NCBI GenBank assembly: GCA_029558955.1
Contig: JAKQCW010000021.1
Span: 895-64,894, forward strand
Origin: Chloroflexota bacterium
GTDB taxonomy: Bacteria; Chloroflexota; Anaerolineae; JAAEKA01
Reading direction: 5' to 3'
DNA length: 64,000 bases
This document shows, piece after piece, positions 37,183 through 47,718 of this stretch. Positions within the stretch are counted from its first letter, which is position 1. Every line of letters begins with the position of its first letter. The translations under genes and the position numbers were made by a program. A model generated the notes under the pieces. It saw only the letters and a program-made list of their open reading frames with translations, did not search any database and had not been told where the DNA came from.

Positions 37183-37452
37183 ATGAGCATCAGCCAGACA
37201 CATCTGGACCGGGCGATAACACTGGCGAAGGCTTATGGCGCTACACGCCTGATCCTCTTCGGGAGCGCCCTCGTGCAACCGCAACAAGCGCGGGATCTGG
37301 ACCTGGCCTGCGACGGTGTCGCCGGCTGGAAGCTCTATGAGTTGGGAGCGCGATTGGAAGAGGAGCTTGGCATTCCGCTTGACTTGGTCCCATTAACCCC
37401 TCCAACTCCGTTTACCCGTCTTATTGAGCGCAGAGGCAAGATCCTGCTATGA
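37183..37452 (+). CDS. Minimal nucleotidyltransferase (MntA-like antitoxin)
   Basis: LILFGSALVQP...DLDLA is the GS...DxD nucleotidyltransferase signature. 89 aa. 4-bp overlap with the downstream HEPN gene. Confidence 0.7.
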   Translation: MSISQTHLDRAITLAKAYGATRLILFGSALVQPQQARDLDLACDGVAGWKLYELGARLEEELGIPLDLVPLTPPTPFTRLIERRGKILL

Positions 37453-37919
37453 CGTTGGACGCATTGCGCGAGGAAATTGCCATCGAAATACAAGCCATCG
37501 AGATGACTCTCGCCGAACTGATGGCGTTGGGTCGCGATGTAGCCGATCGATTACCGACTGTCCGGGAAAAAACAGCCGCCGCAGCCTTTCTGGCGCAGTT
37601 CTACAACGGTGTCGAGAACATCCTCAAGCGCATCTGCAACTACCACTCTTTGTCGCTTCCAACAGGTGACACCTGGCACGTCGAGCTGTTTCGACGCTTC
37701 ACTTCGCCTGGCTATCCTCCTCTGCCCATGCTGTTCGACGGCCCATTGGCCGCCGACCTGGCCCCCTATCGCCGTTTTCGGCATGTCGTCTTTCACAGCT
37801 ACGGTTTTCAGTTGGATTGGTCCCGGATGACAGAAGGCGCGTCGAATGTCGAGGGGGTCTTCTTGCGACTCAAGATCCGCCTCGACGACTACCTTCGGTC
37901 TTTGCCCACGGATACCTGA
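37449..37919 (+). CDS. HEPN-domain (HepT/DUF86-like) toxin
   Basis: 156 aa, helical. YRRFRHVVFHSYG fits the HEPN Rx4-6H(xY) motif. Confidence 0.6.
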   Translation: MTLDALREEIAIEIQAIEMTLAELMALGRDVADRLPTVREKTAAAAFLAQFYNGVENILKRICNYHSLSLPTGDTWHVELFRRFTSPGYPPLPMLFDGPLAADLAPYRRFRHVVFHSYGFQLDWSRMTEGASNVEGVFLRLKIRLDDYLRSLPTDT

Positions 37920-40561
37920 TTCCCTCCGACCAGCCCGGCATTCCGCGAGTCTACAACACGAATTACCTGCAACCCCCACGTCACCGCCGCCTGGGGGCTG
38001 AGCTCCCACCCGGCCGTCCAGGCGGCGGCGAAGGCGTCGGCGCTCAGGGCGGACTGGGCAGAGGCCTGGACGCGGTCGAAGTCGGCCTGGGTGATGGGGA
38101 GCAGCACTTCGAGGCCGCTGGCGACGGCGGCGGCGCAGGCGCCCAGCAGCGTCGCGGCGATCTCGTGCTGCCCGACCGCGCCGGCCAGGCCGGCCAGGCG
38201 CAGCGAGCCGGGCGGATGCGTCAAAATGCCGCGTTGCAACAGGATCGGCAAGGTCTCCCGGTAGAGTTGCAGCGCCTCGCCCGGCTTGCCCTCGGCCACG
38301 GCCAGGTCCCCCTGGTCGGCGCGCACCATCGACACGCGCCAGTGGGCGTCCATGTGGCGGCCCAGCGCCAACGCCTCGTCCAGATGGCCATGCGCCGCGG
38401 AGAAGTCCTGTCGCCAGATCGCAATCTCGCCCAGGCAGGTCAGCAGCCAGGCCGTCTCGGAGGGGCTGTTCCTCTGACGGCACAGCGCCAGGCACTCTTG
38501 GGCCAGATCGTGCGCCGTGGCCAGGTCCCCCTCCACCAGCGCCAGTTCTGCCAGACCGCCAATCGACCGTACCTGCTGAGCGCGCTGTTCGGGCGGCAGC
38601 GCCCGGGCCATCGCCTGCGTGTGCAGGGCGCGGCTGCGCGCCAGATCGCCGCGCAGCATGACGATCTCGGCCAGCACCGCCAGCACGTGGCCCCAATCGG
38701 CCAGCTCGCCGGCGTACAACAGGGCGCCGGCCGCGCATTCCAGGGTGCTCTCGGCCCGCGCCGCGTTGCCGGCCATGGCTGCCAGCCGCCCTTGAAAGTA
38801 GAGCGCCCCAGCCTGCCCCAGAGCGAGCTCCAGCTCGGTGCATAGCCTGAGCGACTTCGAGAAGGCCCGTTCGGCCGCGGCGCCCTGGTCGGCCAGGAAT
38901 TCGACGATCCCCTGGCAGTAGAACAGAGCCGCGGCCTCGGTCGTGGTCGCGCCGGCTTCCGGCAGCGCCAAGGTTCGCTCGATCCAGGCGCGCGCCTCAC
39001 GCACGAAACCGTGGCCGGCCAGCGTCCGGCTGGTCGGCAGCGCCAGACGGAGGGCGGCCGCGCCGTCATGCCCCAGCGCCCACTCCAACGCCGCGCTCAG
39101 GTTATGGATTTCGCCGTCGATCTCCTTCCAACTGGCTTGCTCCAGAATGCAGAAGGGCGCGGCCAGCGCTGGCTCTGCCACGGCGAGGCACCAGGCCAGA
39201 TGCCGCTGACGCACCAGCGCGGCCTCCTCGCTGGCCGCCAGCCGTTCCAAAGCATACTTGTGGATCGTCTCCAGCATGGCGTAGCGCGCCTCGCCGTGCG
39301 GCCCTGGCTCGCGGCGCAGCAGGCTCTTGTCCAACAGAAAGGCCAGGCCGTCCAGCACCCGCGCCGGCGAGAGGATCAGCGGGAGCGGGGGGGGAAGCGT
39401 GTCGCCGCAGAGCAGTTCTGCCGCCTCCAGCGTGAAGCTGCCGACGAAAACGGCCAGGTAGCGAAACAGGGTTTGCTCGGCCGGGCTGAGCAATTCGTAG
39501 CTCCAGCCGATGGCGTCGCGCAACGTCTTGTGCCGGATCGGCCCATCGCGCAGACCGTCCAGCGAGAGCATCCACGGCCCGCTCTGGCGCAGGAACAATT
39601 CGTCGGGCGACAGCAGCTTGACGCGGGCCGCCGCCAGTTCGATGGCCAGGGGCAGCCCGTCCAACTGACGGCAGATCCCGGCCACGGCGGCCGCGTTGGC
39701 GTCGCTGACGGTGAAATCGGGCTGGACGGCCTGGGCGCGGTCGGCAAAGAGCGCGACGGCGGGATAGCGCAAGGCATCGACGGCGGTGAGCGCTTCGGCT
39801 CTGCCTTCGCCGGCGGGCAGCTCCAGGGGCAATACCGGCATCTGGCGCTCGCCGCGCAGCCGCAGCGGCTGGCGGCTGGTGGCCAGCACATGCAGCCAGG
39901 GACAGCGCCGCAGCAGATCATCCACCAGCGGCGCCGCCTCGATGACGTGCTCGAAGTTGTCCAGCACCAACAGGAGGTGCTTCTCCTCCAGGCAGACGTG
40001 CATCTGCACGACGGGGGGATGGGCGCCGCTGATGGGGAAGCCCATGGCCTGGACGATGGTCGACGCCACCAGCTCAGGATCGGCGATCGGCCCCAGGCGC
40101 ACGAAGCAGGCGCCGTGTTCGAAATCATCGAGCGCCTTTTCTGCCACCGCCAGCGCCAGCCGCGTCTTGCCGACGCCGGGCGGACCGATCAGGGTGATCA
40201 GGCGTGCGCCGTCGCGCAGACGACGGTGGACCGCCGTCACGTCATGGTCGCGTCCGAACAAAGGGGTGAGGGACGCCGGCAGGCTGGGGGCGCGGCGCAG
40301 CCTGGTCTGGGGAGGCTGTCCCCTGGCCCGGCCCTGACGGCTCAGCGCCGTTTCCAGCAGCGCCGGCAGGTCGGCGTTGGCAGTCCCCAGGGCCTTGATC
40401 AGAGCAGCAGCCAGTTGCGCCGAGGGGCGCAGGTCGCCGGCCTCGATCTTGCGCAGCGTCACCTCGGCGCAACCGACCTGGCGAGCCAACTCGCGCTGCG
40501 TCAGATCGAGGCCGGCGCGCCGCTGTCTGAGCCACTGGCCGAAATTGTCGGTATTGCCCAT
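37889..40561 (-). CDS. STAND NTPase-type regulator paralog: XRE HTH + NB-ARC/AAA + TPR
   Basis: MGNTDNFGQWLRQRRAGLDLTQRELARQVGCAEVTLRKIEAGD. LIGPPGVGKTRLALAVAE. A 60-bp stretch (40150-40210) is nearly identical to 26940-27000 of the first paralog. Confidence 0.8.
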   Translation of the reverse strand: MGNTDNFGQWLRQRRAGLDLTQRELARQVGCAEVTLRKIEAGDLRPSAQLAAALIKALGTANADLPALLETALSRQGRARGQPPQTRLRRAPSLPASLTPLFGRDHDVTAVHRRLRDGARLITLIGPPGVGKTRLALAVAEKALDDFEHGACFVRLGPIADPELVASTIVQAMGFPISGAHPPVVQMHVCLEEKHLLLVLDNFEHVIEAAPLVDDLLRRCPWLHVLATSRQPLRLRGERQMPVLPLELPAGEGRAEALTAVDALRYPAVALFADRAQAVQPDFTVSDANAAAVAGICRQLDGLPLAIELAAARVKLLSPDELFLRQSGPWMLSLDGLRDGPIRHKTLRDAIGWSYELLSPAEQTLFRYLAVFVGSFTLEAAELLCGDTLPPPLPLILSPARVLDGLAFLLDKSLLRREPGPHGEARYAMLETIHKYALERLAASEEAALVRQRHLAWCLAVAEPALAAPFCILEQASWKEIDGEIHNLSAALEWALGHDGAAALRLALPTSRTLAGHGFVREARAWIERTLALPEAGATTTEAAALFYCQGIVEFLADQGAAAERAFSKSLRLCTELELALGQAGALYFQGRLAAMAGNAARAESTLECAAGALLYAGELADWGHVLAVLAEIVMLRGDLARSRALHTQAMARALPPEQRAQQVRSIGGLAELALVEGDLATAHDLAQECLALCRQRNSPSETAWLLTCLGEIAIWRQDFSAAHGHLDEALALGRHMDAHWRVSMVRADQGDLAVAEGKPGEALQLYRETLPILLQRGILTHPPGSLRLAGLAGAVGQHEIAATLLGACAAAVASGLEVLLPITQADFDRVQASAQSALSADAFAAAWTAGWELSPQAAVTWGLQVIRVVDSRNAGLVGGNQVSVGKDRR

Positions 40562-40848
40562 CGCATATCAATCCACCTTGTTGCTCGCCCAAAAAAGCTG
40601 TTCGCCCTGATACAGTTGTTCGTCTAAAAAAGTTGCTCGCCCAACAACACAGCCGTCATGGGTCGTTGCGATTCCCCGTAATTATAGCATATTCTCCGCC
40701 CTCTGTGCACATGAATTTTGGCCGACAAGCAATTTCAAACGTGGCGCGGAGTCGAGGCCTTAACCGGGTCTGATCTTCGGCGCCGGGCACTTGAACGAGT
40801 GAAAGTGCCCGGCGCCTGAGTGGTGACGAGTTGGCAACCTTGTCTTCG

Positions 40849-41832
40849 TCACCGATCGCGCAGCCGCGGGTCCAACGCGTCGCGCAGGCCGTCGCCGACG
40901 AAGTTGAAGGCCAGCACCACAACGGCCACGGCGATGGCGGGGGCCATCAGCAGCCACGGCTGGGCGTTGATGGCCGACTGGCCGTCCAGCATCAGCGCCC
41001 CCCAGCTGGTGATGAAGATATCCTTGGAGTTGGTCGAGGGGCGCAGGCCCAAGCCCAGATAGCCCAGAACGGCCTCGGCGATGATCAGGGCAGGGATGCG
41101 GATGGCGGTGTAGACGATGATGGGACCCAGGCAGTTGGGCAGGATGTGCTTGAACATGATGCGGCCATGCTTGGCGCCCACCATGCGGCTGGCTTCGACG
41201 AATTCCTTCTCTTTGAGCGACAATACCTGGCCGCGCACCAGGCGGGCCAGGCCGATCCAACTGGTGATCGCCAGCGCGATGAAGAGCAGCACCAGGCCAT
41301 TCATCAGCTTGCCCACCGGCGTATCGCGCAGCGCGGTCATCACGATGATGAAGAAGAGCAGGTCGGGGAAGGCGTAGAGAATGTCGCCAAAGCGCATGGT
41401 GAAATTGTCGACCCGGCCGCCCATGTAGCCGGCAACCATGCCCACGGCCACGCCCACCAGCAGGATGATGATGACCGGGATGATGCCCACCACCAGCGAC
41501 ACGCGCGAGCCGTAGATCACGCGGCTGAGCACGTCACGTCCCAGGCTGTCGGTGCCGAAAATGAACTGCGAATCGCCGGCCTGGCCTGTGGGGCCCTTCG
41601 CCACCCAGGAGGGGGGCAGATAGCCCTTGCCGTCATAGATCTTCAGCGGGTCGTGGGGGGCCAGCAGCGGCGCAAAAATGGCGACCAGGGTGAAGAGAAA
41701 GAGCACCACGGCCGCGATGATGGCCAGCTTGTTCTTGGTGAAACGCACCCAGGCATCGCGCCAAAGCGAGCGGGGCGGCCGGGAGAGCACCATCGTCGAT
41801 GTGGGATCGAGAGTCGGGGTTTGGACGGTCAT
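40849..41832 (-). CDS. ABC peptide transporter permease (OppC/DppC-type)
   Basis: Multi-TM protein with the EAA-like loop ASRMVGAKHGRIMFKHILPN. Start at MTVQTP (ATG at complement 41830-41832). Confidence 0.85.
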   Translation of the reverse strand: MTVQTPTLDPTSTMVLSRPPRSLWRDAWVRFTKNKLAIIAAVVLFLFTLVAIFAPLLAPHDPLKIYDGKGYLPPSWVAKGPTGQAGDSQFIFGTDSLGRDVLSRVIYGSRVSLVVGIIPVIIILLVGVAVGMVAGYMGGRVDNFTMRFGDILYAFPDLLFFIIVMTALRDTPVGKLMNGLVLLFIALAITSWIGLARLVRGQVLSLKEKEFVEASRMVGAKHGRIMFKHILPNCLGPIIVYTAIRIPALIIAEAVLGYLGLGLRPSTNSKDIFITSWGALMLDGQSAINAQPWLLMAPAIAVAVVVLAFNFVGDGLRDALDPRLRDR

Positions 41833-41839
41833 GGCAGCC

Positions 41840-42835
41840 TCACTTTCCCACCTTGATGCGCGGGTCCAGGAACCCATAGGTGATGTCCACGGTCAGGTTG
41901 GCAAGCGCCACCAGCACGGCGTAGAGCAGGGTGGTGCCCATGATCATCGAATAGTCGCGGCGGGAGATGGACTGGACGAACTCGCGGCCGCTGCCGGGGA
42001 AGCTGAACATCTGCTCGATAATAAAGGAGCCGGTCACCAGGCCTGCCAGCGCCGGGCCGATGATCGTCACCACCGGGATCAGGGCGTTGCGCAGCATGTG
42101 CCGCGCCACCACGACCTTTTCAGAGAGACCCTTGGCGCGGGCTGTGCGCACATAGTCCTGCTGCATGACCTCCAGCATCTGCGAACGCGTCAGCCGGGTG
42201 ATGAAGGCAAAGGTGCCGAAGCCGAGAATCACTCCGGGGACAATCCAGGCGCCGGGGCTGCTCCAATCCTGTTGCACGATTTTGATCAGCTTGAGCCGGC
42301 CAGCCAGCAGCACGATCAAAAAGATGGCCAGGACAAAACTGGGCACCGAGATGCCAATGGTGGAGATCAGCAAGGAGAAGTAGTCGATCACCGTGTTGCG
42401 CCGCAGGGCGCCGATGGTGCCCAGAGGAATGCCAAAAAGGACTGCCAGGCCCAACGCTAACAGTCCCAGGCGCAGCGAATAGCCGAACTTGCTGTTCCAG
42501 ATGGGCTTCCCCTCCGGCGGCTTGAACAGAATATCCTCGACATTCATGCCGCGTTGGCGATAGGAAGGACCCAGATTGCCCCGCAGCGCGCCGCCGATAT
42601 AGTTGAAGAACTGGCTGTCCAGTGGGTTACCCCCCTCGGTGTTGATGAACAGCGGCTTGTCCAGGCCAAATTCCTTGTTGAGCAGTTCCTGCGTGCGCGG
42701 GTCCACCTGGCGGGCGCTCAGATCCCGATCCCAGGGACCGCCGGGCGCCGCGTGCATCAGGATGAAGGTGATCAAAGCCACGAAAAAGAGTGTGGGGATC
42801 ATCCACAGGAGCCGTCGCACGATGTAACTTATCAT
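41840..42835 (-). CDS. ABC peptide transporter permease (OppB/DppB-type)
   Basis: MISYIVRRLLWMIPTLFFVALITFILMHAAPGGP N-terminus typical of OppB/DppB. Confidence 0.85.
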   Translation of the reverse strand: MISYIVRRLLWMIPTLFFVALITFILMHAAPGGPWDRDLSARQVDPRTQELLNKEFGLDKPLFINTEGGNPLDSQFFNYIGGALRGNLGPSYRQRGMNVEDILFKPPEGKPIWNSKFGYSLRLGLLALGLAVLFGIPLGTIGALRRNTVIDYFSLLISTIGISVPSFVLAIFLIVLLAGRLKLIKIVQQDWSSPGAWIVPGVILGFGTFAFITRLTRSQMLEVMQQDYVRTARAKGLSEKVVVARHMLRNALIPVVTIIGPALAGLVTGSFIIEQMFSFPGSGREFVQSISRRDYSMIMGTTLLYAVLVALANLTVDITYGFLDPRIKVGK

Positions 42836-43043
42836 CTGCTATCACCTCAATTCCATGCTGCATGCGATCGCAACCGGGCATCTGGTCGATCTGAGGCTTC
42901 GGAAGTCGTCGCCCTGGCGTCTCGCCTGAAAGGGCGACGACTTCCAATGCCTGGCCCACGCTGGCCATCAGAGCGATGGCGTTCGCGAAGCGGGCCGTTG
43001 AACGCAGTAGGGGCGGGGGCAACCCGCCCCTACTGATCGTCCG

Positions 43044-44860
43044 TTACGGTTTCATGGTGGTGTCGATGTCGATGGTCAGCGGTTCCTGGATGCCCGACCA
43101 GCCGGAGTCCTGCGGGGTCTTGACGATGCCCGTGACCCACGGCTTGATCAGGTAGTTATTGACGTTGTTCCAAGCGAAGGCCACCGGCGCGCCGTCGGTC
43201 AGCAGGGTCTGCGCCTGGGCGTAGAGCTCGGTGCGCTTGGCCGGGTCGATGGTCGTGTCGGCCTCGTTGACCAGCGCGTCGAAGTCAGGATTCGAGTAGC
43301 CGATGCGCTCGCCGAAGCCGCCGGTGCGCCAGTAGACGCTCAGCCAGTTCTGCTCATCGGGGTAGTCAGCGCACCAACCCAGAATGAAAGTCTGCGGCGC
43401 GGTGTTGATGTCCTTGGTCAGCGCCGTGTAGGTCGTCGACTCCACCGGATCGAGGGTCAGGTCCACGCCCAGGTGCTCCTTCCACTTGGCCGCCAGCCAC
43501 TCGTTGCGGGTGCGGTTGCGCGGGGTGTCGGAGAAGGTCAGCTTGATCGGGGGCAGGCCCTCGACGCCGCCGTAGCTGGACTCGGCCAGAGCTGCCTTAG
43601 CCGCTTCCGGATCGAAGCCCCAGCGGTTCTCCTCGGCGTCATATCCGGGGAAGCCCGGCGGGATCCAGGTCAAGGTCGGCGCGCCCAGGCCGCGCAGCAC
43701 GTCGCGCACCCACGCCTCGCGGTCGAAGCTCATGGCGAAGGCCTCGCGCACCTTCTGATCGGTGAAGGGCTCTTTGAGCTGGTGGAACATGATGGCGAAG
43801 GTGCAGGAGCCGGGGTAGGTGTTCAGTTCCTGGCTGAGCTGCGGGTCCGCCTTGATCACTTCCAGATCCTCGGCGGCTCCGCCGATGATGTCGAACTCGT
43901 TGTTCTTGTAGGCTTCGAAGGCCACCGCGCTGTCGGTGATGTAGGAGTACTCGATGTCGACCATGCCCTGCCCGCGCCAGTAGTTCTGGTTGGGGGTGAA
44001 ATAGCCGCGCACGAAGGGCTCCAGGCTCTGCAGAACGTAGGGGCCGTTGCCGATCTGGAACTTGGAGCTGTTGTACCACTGCTCGCCGCCCTCGGTGATG
44101 TTTTCTTCCTTGGCGGGATAGGTCACCCACAGGCTGCTGACCACATGGAAGTAAGGCGCCGGCCGGGAGAAGGTCAGCGTCAGGGTGTTGCACTCGGCAT
44201 CCTCGTAGGGAGCATCGGCATTGCAGGCCGTGCCGTCGGCATGGCTGGCCTTGACGCTTTCCATCACCGTGGCGGCCGCGGCTTCACAGGCGGCCGCGTC
44301 GCCCGCCGGGTCGCAGGCGCGCCATTCGGGTGCGCCGGCGATCTCGTCGGTGATGCCGGCATATTCGCCCGCGGTCTCCGGGTTGATGTTGCGCCGGATC
44401 GAGTAGGCGTAGCGCTCGGCGTTCAGCAAAGAGCCGTCGCTGTAGGTCAGGTCAGGGCGCAGGGTGAAGGTGAGCTGTGTGGCGTCGTCGCTGTAGGTCC
44501 AGCTCTCCGCCGCCGCCGGGACGGTCTTCAGATCAGGATCCAGCCGCGTCAGGCCTTCGTAGATCATCTGCAGGTGCGCGATCTCGTTGACGAAGGAGCT
44601 CTTCTGCGGGTCGATGATGTCGGGATAGGTGCCCAGGTTGATGCGCAGTACCTTGGCCTCTTCTTCCGGCACAGCGGTGGCGACGACTTCCTTCACCACC
44701 TCTTTCTCCACGACCACCGTCTGCACGACTTCGACCTGCTTCTCGACCTCGACGACGACGGTCTCCTTGACCACCTGAGCCGCGGGGGCGGGGCAGGCTG
44801 CCAGCAACATGCTGGCGATGACCAGGACGGCCAGAATGGCAGCCCATTTCTTGTTCGACA
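43044..44860 (-). CDS. ABC transporter substrate-binding protein, family 5 (peptide/nickel type), lipoprotein-like signal
   Basis: MSNKKWAAILAVLVIASMLLAAC start; ~600 aa SBP_bac_5-like. Confidence 0.8.
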
Positions 44861-45078
44861 TGTCTTTCTTCTCCTTAAGGAAAACCAATTTCGCCTCATC
44901 GGCGTCGGTGGTTGGCATCGCTGCGATGCACAACCAGGGTCACAACGGGGGAGGGCGTCTCATCAGCCGGAAACGCCCGTGGTTGGATTGAGCCGGCCAG
45001 ACTCGTGTTTTTCAGGGCCGTACCCATCACCTCCTTGCGGGCTGGCTCGGTCAGAAGGCCGGCCAGAGCGCCGTGGCC

Positions 45079-46131
45079 TCAGCTAGTTGCACTGGCAGTT
45101 TGGGTTCCAGCGTCAGGGGCGCCGTCGCCTTCATACAGCCAGCAGGCCACCCAGTGACCGTGGCTGTTCTCCTTGAACTCCGGCTTTTGCTGGCGGCAGA
45201 TCTCCATCACCTGCGGACAGCGAGTGCTGAAGTTGCAGCCGACGGGCGGGTTGGCCGGGCTGGGCACATCCCCTTCCAGAATGATGCGCTGGCGTTGCTC
45301 CTCGATCACCGGGTCAGGGATCGGCACCGCCGAGAGCAGCGCCTGGGTATAGGGATGCTTGGGGTTCGCGTAGAGCTCGTTGCGGTCGGCCAGCTCCACG
45401 ATCTTGCCCAGGTACATCACCGCGATGCGGTCGGAGATGTGGCGCACCACCGACAGGTCGTGGGCGATGAACAGATAGGTCAGCCCAAACTCGTTCTGCA
45501 GGTCCTCCAGCAGGTTGATAACCTGGGCCTGGATCGACACATCCAAGGCTGAGATGGGCTCGTCCAGCACGATGAACGCCGGGTTGACGGCCAGAGCGCG
45601 GGCGACGCCGATGCGCTGGCGCTGGCCGCCGGAGAACTCGTGGGGATAGCGATTGACGAAATAGGGGTTCAGACCGACGATGCGCAACAGCTCCTGCACC
45701 CGCTCGCGGTTCTGCTGCTTGTTGCCCATGCCATGCACTTCCAGCGGCTCGCCGACGATCGCGCCTACGGTCATGCGCGGGTTGAGCGAGGCGTAGGGAT
45801 CCTGGAAGATCATCTGCATCCGGCGTCGCTGGCGTCGCAGTGCATCCCCTTTCATGGTGGTCAAGTCTTCGTTGTCGAAGAACACATGGCCGGCCGTGGG
45901 TCGATAGAGCTGCAAGATGGCGCGGCCTGCGGTGGACTTGCCGCAGCCTGACTCGCCCACCAGCCCCAGTGTCTCTCCCTGGAAGATCTCGAAATCGAGA
46001 CCGTCCACCGCCTTGATATGCCCCACCGTGCGCTGGAAGATGCCGCTGGTGATGGGGAACCACATCTTCAGCCCCTCGACGCGCAGGATGACGTTGGGCT
46101 GGCTGCCGTTGGTGTTGGTGTTCTCAGTCAT
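45079..46131 (-). CDS. ABC transporter ATP-binding protein (OppF/DppF-type)
   Basis: GESGCGKST Walker A, LSGGQRQR signature, C-terminal oligopeptide-transporter extension. Confidence 0.9.
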   Translation of the reverse strand: MTENTNTNGSQPNVILRVEGLKMWFPITSGIFQRTVGHIKAVDGLDFEIFQGETLGLVGESGCGKSTAGRAILQLYRPTAGHVFFDNEDLTTMKGDALRRQRRRMQMIFQDPYASLNPRMTVGAIVGEPLEVHGMGNKQQNRERVQELLRIVGLNPYFVNRYPHEFSGGQRQRIGVARALAVNPAFIVLDEPISALDVSIQAQVINLLEDLQNEFGLTYLFIAHDLSVVRHISDRIAVMYLGKIVELADRNELYANPKHPYTQALLSAVPIPDPVIEEQRQRIILEGDVPSPANPPVGCNFSTRCPQVMEICRQQKPEFKENSHGHWVACWLYEGDGAPDAGTQTASATS

Positions 46132-47111
46132 GCTGTCACCCCGGTAACATCCACCCAGCAGGCCGCCTTGTGCTGATGGGCCACAAAGGCCAGCGGTGGG
46201 TTCTCTTGCAGGCAGCGTTCGATGCGCCAGGTGCAGCGGGCATAGAAGGGGCAGCCCACCGGCAGGTCGATCAGGTCAGGCGGCAGGCCCTCGATGGAGC
46301 GCAGCCGCTCCGGCCGATCCTCGTCCAGCCGGGGCAGCGAGCCCAGCAGTCCCAACGTGTAGGGGTGGCGCGGATTGCTGTAAAGCTCTTTGACCGTCGC
46401 CTCCTCGACGATGAAGCCGGCGTACATGACGATCATGCGGTGGGCCAGACCAGCCACCACCCCCAGGTCGTGGGTGATCCAGATGATGGCCATGCCCAGC
46501 TCTTCACGCAGCCGTTTGACCAGATCGACGATCTGGGCCTGGATGGTCACATCCAGCGCAGTGGTCGGCTCGTCGGCAATCAGCACCTGGGGGTTGCAGG
46601 AGAGCCCCATGGCAATCATCACGCGCTGGCGCATGCCGCCGGAGAACTGGTGCGGGTAGTTGTCCAGCCGGCCTTCCGCGCCGGGGATGCCGACCAGCTC
46701 CAGTAGCTCCTGGCTGCGCCGGCGCGCCTGCTGTTTGTCCAGTCCCAGGTGCAGCTCCAGAGCCTCGGAGATCTGCCGCCCGACGGTCAACACCGGGTTG
46801 AGCGAGGTCATTGGGTCCTGAAAGATCATGGCGATGCGATTGCCGCGCACCTGGCGGATCTCATCGTCGTCCAGCTTCAGCAGGTCGCGCCCCTCGAACC
46901 AGACCTCGCCGCCCACCACCTTGCCGGGCGGCATGGGGATCAGGCGGATCAACGACATCACGCCGACGCTTTTGCCGCAGCCGCTTTCGCCGACGATGCC
47001 GAGCGTTTCCCCCTCATCCAGCGTGTACGAGATGCCATTGACGGCGTTGACGACACCATCTTGTGTGAAGAACTGCGTGCGCAGGTCTTTCACTTCCAAC
47101 AGAGCACCCAT
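46128..47111 (-). CDS. ABC transporter ATP-binding protein (OppD/DppD-type)
   Basis: [27 protein letters not shown]. 4-bp overlap with the downstream ATPase gene. Confidence 0.9.
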   Translation of the reverse strand: MGALLEVKDLRTQFFTQDGVVNAVNGISYTLDEGETLGIVGESGCGKSVGVMSLIRLIPMPPGKVVGGEVWFEGRDLLKLDDDEIRQVRGNRIAMIFQDPMTSLNPVLTVGRQISEALELHLGLDKQQARRRSQELLELVGIPGAEGRLDNYPHQFSGGMRQRVMIAMGLSCNPQVLIADEPTTALDVTIQAQIVDLVKRLREELGMAIIWITHDLGVVAGLAHRMIVMYAGFIVEEATVKELYSNPRHPYTLGLLGSLPRLDEDRPERLRSIEGLPPDLIDLPVGCPFYARCTWRIERCLQENPPLAFVAHQHKAACWVDVTGVTA

Positions 47112-47329
47112 GCAGGCCTCCAGAATATGAGCGCAGTCTATGAAGTTGATGAAACCAGGGAATCCCAGCGATCTGGGCGCAAATGCAAGGCAGAGGTACT
47201 AACGATCAGTGGTCGCTGTTGAGGTCGCCTGCTGTATTGACGACCGGACACACTGACGCCAGCAGCAAACGTGGCCTTTATGCTATCACAGAGCGAACCT
47301 GTTGTCAAACCGGCCAGCGATTCAACAGG

Positions 47330-47575
47330 AATTCCAAATATGACGACTGCCAAACTGGAGTCGAGGCTTCAGCCGGGTTTGCACGCAAATATGGCGACTG
47401 CCAAACTGGAGTCGAGGCTTCAGCCGGGTTTGCACGCTCAACTCGCATCGTCCGGACCCGGCTAAAGCCTCGACTCCGCGCCATGTTTGATGACTGCTAA
47501 GCTGGAGTCGAGGCTTTAGCCGGGTCAGCACGCTCGACTCGCGTTGGCCAGACCCGGCTAAAGCCTCGACTCCGC
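47330..47575. repeat. Cluster of direct and inverted copies of the 20-bp element ggagtcgaggctttagccgg / ccggctaaagcctcgactcc forming long hairpins (e.g. a 23-bp perfect stem at about 47490-47565)
   Basis: Read directly. Same core as the 22-bp tandem array at 6795-7085. Another cluster lies at 57235-57345. Confidence 0.85.
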
Positions 47576-47718
47576 GCCATGTTTGGAATTCCTGCATTGT
47601 ACCCGAATGATTTGCCAGACCCCCTTGCCCCGCGTATACTGGACAGCGCCGCGGGCGGGGCGCTGCCGCCCCATACCAAACCAGCCCATCTATCCTCTGC
47701 CAACGAGAAACTATCGCC

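Noticed and set aside
37551-40627. Long ORFs 37551-38843 (-), 37817-38845 (+), 39011-40627 (+)
   Set aside because: They are shadow ORFs of the STAND regulator gene 37889-40561 (-), which has HTH, Walker A/B and TPR motifs.
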